This document shows positions 26,131 through 32,000 of a stretch of DNA of 32,000 nucleotides, one piece after another. The position numbers and the translations under genes were made by a program. Within the stretch, counting starts at the first letter, position 1. Each line of letters begins with the position of its first letter. The notes under the pieces were generated by a model that saw only the letters and a list, made by a program, of their open reading frames with translations, made no database searches and was not told the origin of the DNA. The stretch is from Candidatus Saccharimonadota bacterium (GTDB lineage: Bacteria > Patescibacteriota > Gracilibacteria > UBA4473): the NCBI GenBank assembly GCA_963677105.1, contig OY781871.1, forward strand, positions 630,001 to 662,000, in the 5' to 3' direction.

Positions 26131-26997
26131 TTATTTTTTGTCAGGAGTTTCTGAAGAAGAATCTTCTGATTTTGGAGAAACAGAAGTTGTTTTCTGTGGC
26201 GTGAATTTCTTTTTTACCACTTCCATGTCAAACACATCAAATACATCTGTCTCATCAAATAAAACTTTCACTTTTTGGTTCAAAATATCCAGTCCCATAA
26301 CACGTCCAGATTTTCCTTCTACAGTTACTGCTTGTTTGATATGCGGTAGATTACGTCGCAATTCTCGATATAAACCAACCTCATAGAGAAGACAGCATTT
26401 TAATTTTCCACACAATCCAAATAATTTATTATTATCCCGTGTTAATAAATTTTGATCTCGAGCTGAATCTAATGGAACAGATTCAAGTTCTACTTTAAAT
26501 GTAGAACAACAAGTTGGGCGTCCACATCGTCCGAATCCTCCAAGAATTTTTGCTCGATCACGAGTTCCTACGCGTTGTAAGTGAATTCGTGAAGATACTT
26601 TTTTCGGTAATATTTTTAACAAATCTCGGAAATCTACTTTGTCTTCGGATGTGAAGAAAAATGAAAATACATTTCCAGTAAAGTCACTTCGTGAAGCAAA
26701 AAATCGCATTTCTAAATTCAGTTCTTCAGCACATTGTTTTGCAATTGCCACTCGTTCATTTTCTCCTTTTTGTATTTCATTGTATTTTTGAAGATCTTTT
26801 TCTCCGAGTTTCTCAATTAGTTCATATCCGTCATCAGCCTTTGCGCCAGATACTTTTCGTGATGTTGAAACCACTTGTCCGACAATTTTGTCTCGATCGT
26901 TTTTCAACAAAACATAATCGTGCACGGAAAAATCTTCCTCCGTTGCAAGTCGCACCAATTGGTGCCGAAGAAGATCAATAACTTGTACTATTTTCAT
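26131..26997 (-). CDS. PSP1 domain protein (YaaT/RicT-like)
   Basis: PSP1 C-terminal domain features including the Cys cluster GRCGRPTCCSTF ... CGKLKCCLLYE. It lies downstream of holB, as in Firmicutes. The ATG at 26997 is preferred over the TTG at 27039. Confidence 0.85.
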   Translation of the reverse strand: MKIVQVIDLLRHQLVRLATEEDFSVHDYVLLKNDRDKIVGQVVSTSRKVSGAKADDGYELIEKLGEKDLQKYNEIQKGENERVAIAKQCAEELNLEMRFFASRSDFTGNVFSFFFTSEDKVDFRDLLKILPKKVSSRIHLQRVGTRDRAKILGGFGRCGRPTCCSTFKVELESVPLDSARDQNLLTRDNNKLFGLCGKLKCCLLYEVGLYRELRRNLPHIKQAVTVEGKSGRVMGLDILNQKVKVLFDETDVFDVFDMEVVKKKFTPQKTTSVSPKSEDSSSETPDKK

Positions 26998-27078
26998 CGT
27001 CCGAATTGTGGCAGATTTTAGAGAAAGATCAAGGTACAAATATCAATGTACAAAGATCAAATAACAAATTTCAAATAT

Positions 27079-27825
27079 TTAATATTTGCTCGTTAAATGA
27101 AGGGCGAGTCGCTCCAATGTAAATCGAATATTCATATTTCCCTCAATTGCATTTCTTGCATCAAGAAGAAGTTCGAGTGTATGACGTAAATTTCTCAAAC
27201 TACGAGCGTGCGCAATACATGTATCGAGCCATTCGATAATTGGAGTGCGATCAATTTTTTCGCCACCACGAGTTTCTTTATCAAGTGCTTCAATTTTCAT
27301 GAATTTCACAAGTAGATCACTTCCGTTCAGGAACTGTTGAATATCTTCCTTTATTTCAAAATCTTCGTTGTTCCGTGGTAATCGAACGAGTGTTACACGT
27401 GATAAAATCGTATCAAGCAGTCGATATGGATTTTCCGTTGTGAGAATAAAAATAGTGCGAGTAGGTGGTTCTTCTAACAATTTCAATGTTGCCTGAATTG
27501 CAGAATGAAAAACCCGTTCAAAGTTTTCAAAAATAATAATTCGCCATGGAGCGATTGGTTTTTGATGAGCCCAACGAATCATTCCACGAATTGTTTTTGG
27601 ATCAGATTCTTTGTTATCTCCAATTTTAAATACGCCATCATCAGTAAGCACAAGCGTATCTGCATGAAGTCCTGCTTGAATTTGTTCAACAGTTGTAGAT
27701 TGAATTCGTGCAGCAATTTCAAGAGCAATTTCCCATGTATTATTATTTCCTGTGAGCAATAAGCGTTGCGGAATAACTCCAGCGGAAACCCATTGTTCGA
27801 TTTTTGGAGGAAGAGACATCGACAT
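27079..27825 (-). CDS. holB: DNA polymerase III delta-prime subunit (clamp-loader AAA+ module with degenerate P-loop)
   Basis: IIIFENFERVFHSAIQATLKLLEEPPTRTIFILTTENPYRLLDTILSRV is the delta-prime / gamma-tau box VII-SRC region. The Walker A position reads LLLTGNNNTWE, so no GxxGxGK is present. Confidence 0.8.
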   Translation of the reverse strand: MSMSLPPKIEQWVSAGVIPQRLLLTGNNNTWEIALEIAARIQSTTVEQIQAGLHADTLVLTDDGVFKIGDNKESDPKTIRGMIRWAHQKPIAPWRIIIFENFERVFHSAIQATLKLLEEPPTRTIFILTTENPYRLLDTILSRVTLVRLPRNNEDFEIKEDIQQFLNGSDLLVKFMKIEALDKETRGGEKIDRTPIIEWLDTCIAHARSLRNLRHTLELLLDARNAIEGNMNIRFTLERLALHLTSKY

Positions 27826-27845
27826 GAGTGTACAAATTTTTTCAT

Positions 27846-27878
27846 AAAAAAAAAGCGCGTCCAGTAGAACACGCTTTT
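27846..27878 (-). terminator. Rho-independent terminator after the DUF4349 gene
   Basis: Minus-strand RNA forms AAGCGUG-(10-nt loop)-CGCGCUU: 7 bp including one G.U that would be a C.A mismatch on the plus strand. A run of U follows (plus-strand A-run 27846-27854). Confidence 0.65.
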
Positions 27879-27895
27879 AAAAATTGTTTTTGTAA

Positions 27896-28888
27896 TTATT
27901 TCTTCAGTTTGATTGGGCAACAAGTTCGACGACGAATAAATCGTTGAATTGACCAAAGAACCAAGAGAATTGGGAACCAAATTGGAGCAAAAACGAGTAT
28001 TTGCAACGCTCCGTCAAAAATAGTTTTCAGCGATGAGATAAGATCGTTTACAGACTGTTTCCATGATTTTTTCACGGTCCATTCTGGAGAGTGAAAATCT
28101 CCAATTTGAGGTTCAGGTTGAAGAGACAAATTAATAGTAGAAAATGCAACATTTACATCGTGACGTTTTAACGTTCGTTCGTAGTTTTCAATTTGATTTT
28201 GCACATTATTGAGTTCTCGATCGATTTCCAATACATCAGAAAGTTTGTCAGTTTTTCGGTCCATAAGTTCACGAAGTCTGTCACGACGAACTTCTAAGTT
28301 TTTTAATCTGTTTTCAGTATCAGCGTATTGAGCTGTAACATCCTGTTCATTAATTGATTCAGATTTTTTCATCCCCATTTTCGTAAATTCTTGCAACGCT
28401 TCATCAAGTTTTTCTGCCGGAATTCGAACAGTAAAATTGTAGGAAAGAATTCCTGGACGAACTTCATATGAGTTTAGATTTGTAATATTTCCATTCAGCT
28501 CAGCAGTTTTTTCTTCTACTTCTTTTCGTGAAACTTCTGTGTCAGCAACTTCTACTTGAAGTGATGCATTTCGTACAATTTTTCGTTCTTTTTCTTCCGG
28601 TGCAAAATCATCAGCAAAAACAGGCTCTGGCATAATCATATTTGCTACACCACCAAAATTTCGTCCTGTTGATCTTACCATTTGTGGAGTCACCATTTCT
28701 GTTGCAACGAAATCCATATCCATTGATTCTTCGTATCGCATTGATTTGTTCTGCAAAAAAACGCCAGGTCTGTGTGAAGGCCAAATAGCAATTATTCCTA
28801 CAACAATAACAATTGAGAGAATTAAATTTTGTCCTGTCCATCGAAATATTCGTTGAACACAAGACTGAAGTTTACACTTTTTATTCAT
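27896..28888 (-). CDS. DUF4349-like membrane-anchored protein
   Basis: N-terminal TM, a central beta-rich block (RNASLQVEVAD...YNFTVRIPAEKLDEAL), a coiled-coil (QYADTENRLKNLEVRRDRLRELM...ELNNVQNQIENYE) and a C-terminal TM pair. This is the DUF4349 layout as I remember it. Confidence 0.78.
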   Translation of the reverse strand: MNKKCKLQSCVQRIFRWTGQNLILSIVIVVGIIAIWPSHRPGVFLQNKSMRYEESMDMDFVATEMVTPQMVRSTGRNFGGVANMIMPEPVFADDFAPEEKERKIVRNASLQVEVADTEVSRKEVEEKTAELNGNITNLNSYEVRPGILSYNFTVRIPAEKLDEALQEFTKMGMKKSESINEQDVTAQYADTENRLKNLEVRRDRLRELMDRKTDKLSDVLEIDRELNNVQNQIENYERTLKRHDVNVAFSTINLSLQPEPQIGDFHSPEWTVKKSWKQSVNDLISSLKTIFDGALQILVFAPIWFPILLVLWSIQRFIRRRTCCPIKLKK

Positions 28889-28976
28889 TTTTAAATGGGT
28901 TATGAATTCGATAAATCTTTACGCAAAATAAAGAAAAAAGTCACGAAAAAGAGGTTGCAATCGTTTCGCAGTATCT

Positions 28977-29047
28977 ACAAAGTACAAATAATAAAAAGTT
29001 AAAGATCGTTTTTTACTTTGTAATCTGCAATATGTAATTTGTACTTT
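28977..29047. repeat. AT-rich inverted repeat with a competing internal partner in the porA / DUF4349 intergenic region
   Basis: AAAGTACAAAT (28979-28989) is the exact reverse complement of ATTTGTACTTT (29037-29047). ACAAAGTA (28977-28984) is also the reverse complement of TACTTTGT (29014-29021). Confidence 0.85.
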
Positions 29048-29063
29048 TGAGCGAAAGCGATTT

Positions 29064-30221
29064 TTAATCTTGTAAATTACACCACGTTGGTTTATCACTT
29101 GGAAGAGAATCAAATGTATCAATAAATTTTTTAATATCATCAGCATTTGTTTCTCGTGAACCAAGACCAAATACAATGTTTTTTATGGTTCCTTTTATAT
29201 CAAGGGCTTTGATTTCCATTGCTAATGGAGAAAATTGTCCACCACATTGACTATTTCTGTCGAGAACAAGAATTTGATCAAAATCCTTAAGTTGTTTTTT
29301 GAGTGCATCAACGGGAAATGGACGAAACATTCGTGGACGAACGAGAGCGATATTATTTTGTTCTTTCAAAATTTCTCGAACAGTTCCTGCGATTGATCCA
29401 AGACACACAACAGCCAATTTTCCTTTTCCTTCTTTTTTTACCAATCCGCCGTCGAGTCGTCCGAATTTTTTATGAAAATCTGAAAACACGGTTTCTGCCT
29501 GCTTTATTGCATGTAATTGTCCTTGTAATTGTGCATATTTAAATTCTTGATACGTGTCTGGCTTTGCAAAAGTTCCAAAAGATTTCGGATTTTTTAAATC
29601 AAAAAGAGAATTTCCAGGAACAATTTTTCCAACAAAATTTTGTGCGTCGTTATCACTTTCCAACAAAACTTTTGTTGTTGTGTGTGTTGTTAAAAAACAA
29701 TCCATTCCAATTATTACAGGAGTTCGGACTTCTTTGGCTTCAGCGATAGGAAAAGCACAAATCGCAAGGTCATATGCTTCTTGTGGGTTTTCTGCGAAAA
29801 GCTGAATCCATCCAGAATCTCGCACAGCGTATGCGTCATCATGAGAACAATGAATTGAAAGTGGTGCACTCAGTGCTCTATTTCCATTTATCGCAACAAT
29901 TGGTAATCGCATTCCACTCGCATTCCATAAAACTTCTGACATGAGAATTAATCCTTGGCTTGCTGTCGCGGTCACAGCACGACCTCCAGCCGCAGCGGCT
30001 CCAACACAAATTGACATAGCAGCGTGTTCAGATTCCGCACAAATATATTCTGTTTCAACATCTTTATTGGCAACATATTTTGCAAACGTTTCTCCGATAT
30101 AACTGGTTGGAGTAATGGGATAAAATCCAAAGACATCAGGATTTATCTGACGAAAAGCTTCTGCAATAGCGTGATTTCCATCGAGAGATTGGGCGGTTTG
30201 TATTTGAATTTTTTTATTCAT
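29064..30221 (-). CDS. porA: 2-oxoacid (pyruvate-type):ferredoxin oxidoreductase, alpha subunit
   Basis: 385 aa. GNHAIAEAF...FYPITP(T/S)S, SEHAAMSICVGAAAAGGRAVTATASQGL and a C-terminal domain III are typical of PorA/VorA/KorA alpha subunits. Substrate specificity cannot be read from the sequence. Confidence 0.9.
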   Translation of the reverse strand: MNKKIQIQTAQSLDGNHAIAEAFRQINPDVFGFYPITPTSYIGETFAKYVANKDVETEYICAESEHAAMSICVGAAAAGGRAVTATASQGLILMSEVLWNASGMRLPIVAINGNRALSAPLSIHCSHDDAYAVRDSGWIQLFAENPQEAYDLAICAFPIAEAKEVRTPVIIGMDCFLTTHTTTKVLLESDNDAQNFVGKIVPGNSLFDLKNPKSFGTFAKPDTYQEFKYAQLQGQLHAIKQAETVFSDFHKKFGRLDGGLVKKEGKGKLAVVCLGSIAGTVREILKEQNNIALVRPRMFRPFPVDALKKQLKDFDQILVLDRNSQCGGQFSPLAMEIKALDIKGTIKNIVFGLGSRETNADDIKKFIDTFDSLPSDKPTWCNLQD

Positions 30222-30225
30222 AATT

Positions 30226-31176
30226 TTACAGGTTTTCTTGTTCTATAAGCGGAACGTCTTCGAGAAGAAGAGAATGTTTTTCCTTATTTTTCGGAGCCAT
30301 TTTATTAGCACTACACGAACGCACACAAAGTCCACATCGTTTACAAGCGTCTTGATCAATACCGATCATTTGTCCATTTTCATCATGAACAATTGCATCA
30401 TCAGGACACACTGCCCAACAAATTCCGCATTGGATGCAGTTTTCTGGAATAAACTTGATTCGTTTATTTGGAAGCCAATTTCCGGGACGATATTTCACAG
30501 AACTTCCTCCAGGAAGAACGGCTGCTTCTGGTAAATTTTTCCAAGATACAGCAGAAGACGTGTTCTTTTCCTGAATATTTTTTCCTGTTGAACCAGTTAT
30601 TTCTTGCACTTCGTTATATCCACGATCAAATCCTACAAGATTTTTTTCTACAATTTTTTGAGGAAATAAGGTTGATAAGTTTTCTTTGAGGAATGATTTC
30701 AAGATATCTTTATCAAGTTGTAAAATATTAATCAATGCTCCGATCATTGCTACATTTGGGACATTTCGTTTTACTGTCTCAAATGCAATTTTACTTGCTG
30801 GAACGTGAAATACTCTTCCACTAAATTTTTTGTGGAATCCATTTTTTTCCGTGTTTTCCGTGTTTATTAATAAAATGCCGTCATCTTTTAATCCAGAGAG
30901 AACGTATTCATGGGAAAGTTCAGCACCAACTAATGATGGTTCTAATAGTATAACAATATCGACGATACGTGGTTGAGAGGCATCAGAGATAGGTTTCCCT
31001 GAGACACGATTAAACACTTCGACAGGAGCCCCTCTTTTTTCTGCGCCAAAAGAAGGGAAAGATATGCTTTCTCCGCCCAATTGAATCATTGCTTCTGAAA
31101 AAAATTGAGCTGCACTGACAGCTCCTTGTCCGGCACGCGAATGCCATCGAATTGCTTTATTTTTTGAAAAATCCAT
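30226..31176 (-). CDS. 2-oxoacid:ferredoxin oxidoreductase, fused gamma-delta subunit (gamma domain plus 2x[4Fe-4S] ferredoxin domain)
   Basis: Gamma: IRWHSRAGQGAVSAAQFFSEAM...FGAEKRGAPV. Delta: CIQCGICWAVCPDDAI ... CKRCGLCVRSCS. The ATG at 31176 gives the usual short N-terminus; an alternative ATG is at 31221. Confidence 0.88.
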   Translation of the reverse strand: MDFSKNKAIRWHSRAGQGAVSAAQFFSEAMIQLGGESISFPSFGAEKRGAPVEVFNRVSGKPISDASQPRIVDIVILLEPSLVGAELSHEYVLSGLKDDGILLINTENTEKNGFHKKFSGRVFHVPASKIAFETVKRNVPNVAMIGALINILQLDKDILKSFLKENLSTLFPQKIVEKNLVGFDRGYNEVQEITGSTGKNIQEKNTSSAVSWKNLPEAAVLPGGSSVKYRPGNWLPNKRIKFIPENCIQCGICWAVCPDDAIVHDENGQMIGIDQDACKRCGLCVRSCSANKMAPKNKEKHSLLLEDVPLIEQENL

Positions 31177-31302
31177 CAAGCAAAGTGTACGCTCGTAAAA
31201 TGTTTTTTCAAGCCAGAGCATATTATTTCAATGAATTTTTGATAAATAATCATTGTACGTGGAATATTGACATTATGACAAATTCTGAGAAACTTACATC
31301 CG

Positions 31303-32000
31303 ATGAGATATGTTCACATCCTTGCCGAAGCTTGGGAATTAACCACGTTAACGAAGAAATTAGTTTGGTTTATATTTGCTCCAAGTGTTGCATTTATTCT
31401 TTTATTTATTGCAAAAATTGCATGGCAATATTCATTATTGGGAGAAGAATTTGGTTGGATTGAACAGGGGAAAGTGAATGAAATTATTTGGCAGTCTCTA
31501 GAGACAGTACACGGATCGGGCATGCTTTGGTTTGTTATAATGTTGGCTCTAGTAGGAGCACTTTTGTTATTTGTGTTAAAACCATGGATTGAAGCAACAC
31601 TTATCCTTTCTATTAGAGAGAGATTTTCATTTCCAGAAAAAAGATATTCACTCCGAAAACAAATTGCTCGAGGACATAAACATTTTATTTCTCTCTTGGA
31701 ATATCATGCATTATTGATTCCGTTTTCTCCATTGTCGCTTATTTTATATACGGGATCGTTTTATCGATACACACACGGAAGTGACACTTTTTACAATATA
31801 TTCTTGCCAATTCTTCTTATTTTGGGGGTATTTTCTATATTTGTGCATTTCTTTTTCATTTTTATGCCATTTTTTCTGGTATGTGAAAGACAAGAACTTA
31901 TAAAATCATTAACCAACAGTATGAGTATGGTTTTTCAAAATTTTGGAAAAACGCTTACTTTGTTTCTCGTAATGATGTTGGTAAGTTTACGTGTTATTGT
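31303..32000 (+). CDS. Hypothetical polytopic membrane protein, 3' end beyond the window
   Basis: Not in the ORF track because it has no stop in the window. My frame-1 translation from the ATG at 31303 is open to base 32000 (MRYVHILAEAWELTTLTKKLVWFIFAPSVAFILLFIAKIAW...), with at least 4 hydrophobic spans. Confidence 0.6.
   Translation, partial: MRYVHILAEAWELTTLTKKLVWFIFAPSVAFILLFIAKIAWQYSLLGEEFGWIEQGKVNEIIWQSLETVHGSGMLWFVIMLALVGALLLFVLKPWIEATLILSIRERFSFPEKRYSLRKQIARGHKHFISLLEYHALLIPFSPLSLILYTGSFYRYTHGSDTFYNIFLPILLILGVFSIFVHFFFIFMPFFLVCERQELIKSLTNSMSMVFQNFGKTLTLFLVMMLVSLRVI

Noticed and set aside
28889-29063. Degraded porB (beta subunit) remnant downstream of porA
   Set aside because: All three minus-strand frames are stop-rich and AT-rich, with no Cys-cluster or GDG-type TPP motif fragments. 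The region looks like genuine spacer with inverted repeats.
1-32000. Alternative genetic code (UGA as Gly or Trp, codes 25 or 4), as seen in some candidate phyla and Mollicutes
   Set aside because: UGA terminates smpB, cysS, topA, folK, the SMR gene, the DUF5665-like gene and others at the positions expected from homologues. Conserved proteins are full length without in-frame UGA.

Overview
AT-rich, gene-dense stretch from a small-genome bacterium, with about 34 CDS and one tRNA. It uses the standard code: UGA is a stop in smpB, cysS, topA and the DUF5665-like gene. The content is almost entirely housekeeping. Plus-strand genes include dnaG (3' part), smpB, nrdR, adk, map, htpX, an S41 C-terminal protease, gmk, yraN, yggT, cysS, a D-Ala-D-Ala carboxypeptidase and tsaD. 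Minus-strand genes include uvrC, topA, a DUF218 gene, folE, folK, purB, a PSP1 gene, holB, a DUF4349 gene and two 2-oxoacid:ferredoxin oxidoreductase genes. I found no rRNA, CRISPR array, transposase, integrase or recognisable defence or toxin-antitoxin cassette. Start codons lack Shine-Dalgarno motifs and many neighbouring genes overlap by ATGA. That style, plus orphan large proteins, resembles CPR or other reduced genomes, but this is an impression, not a placement. No finding is a clear-cut new system. The items most worth a second look are listed here. (1) UvrC carries an in-frame insertion of about 170 residues with a minimal-nucleotidyltransferase-like motif. (2) An orphan 985-aa protein (LysM-like region, Pro/Glu/Lys linker, hydrophobic hairpin) sits between two protease genes and is bracketed by a perfect 13-bp direct repeat. 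(3) A translationally coupled purB-SMR-folK-folE-membrane protein chain holds only two pterin-branch enzymes. (4) An oxidoreductase cluster has gamma-delta and alpha genes but no TPP-binding beta gene. (5) A promoter-to-terminator mini-unit in a convergent intergenic gap may encode a small RNA of about 65 nt. Start coordinates were re-derived where the ORF track used TTG/GTG or read through upstream sequence. All functional calls rest on motifs I recognise by eye, not on searches.
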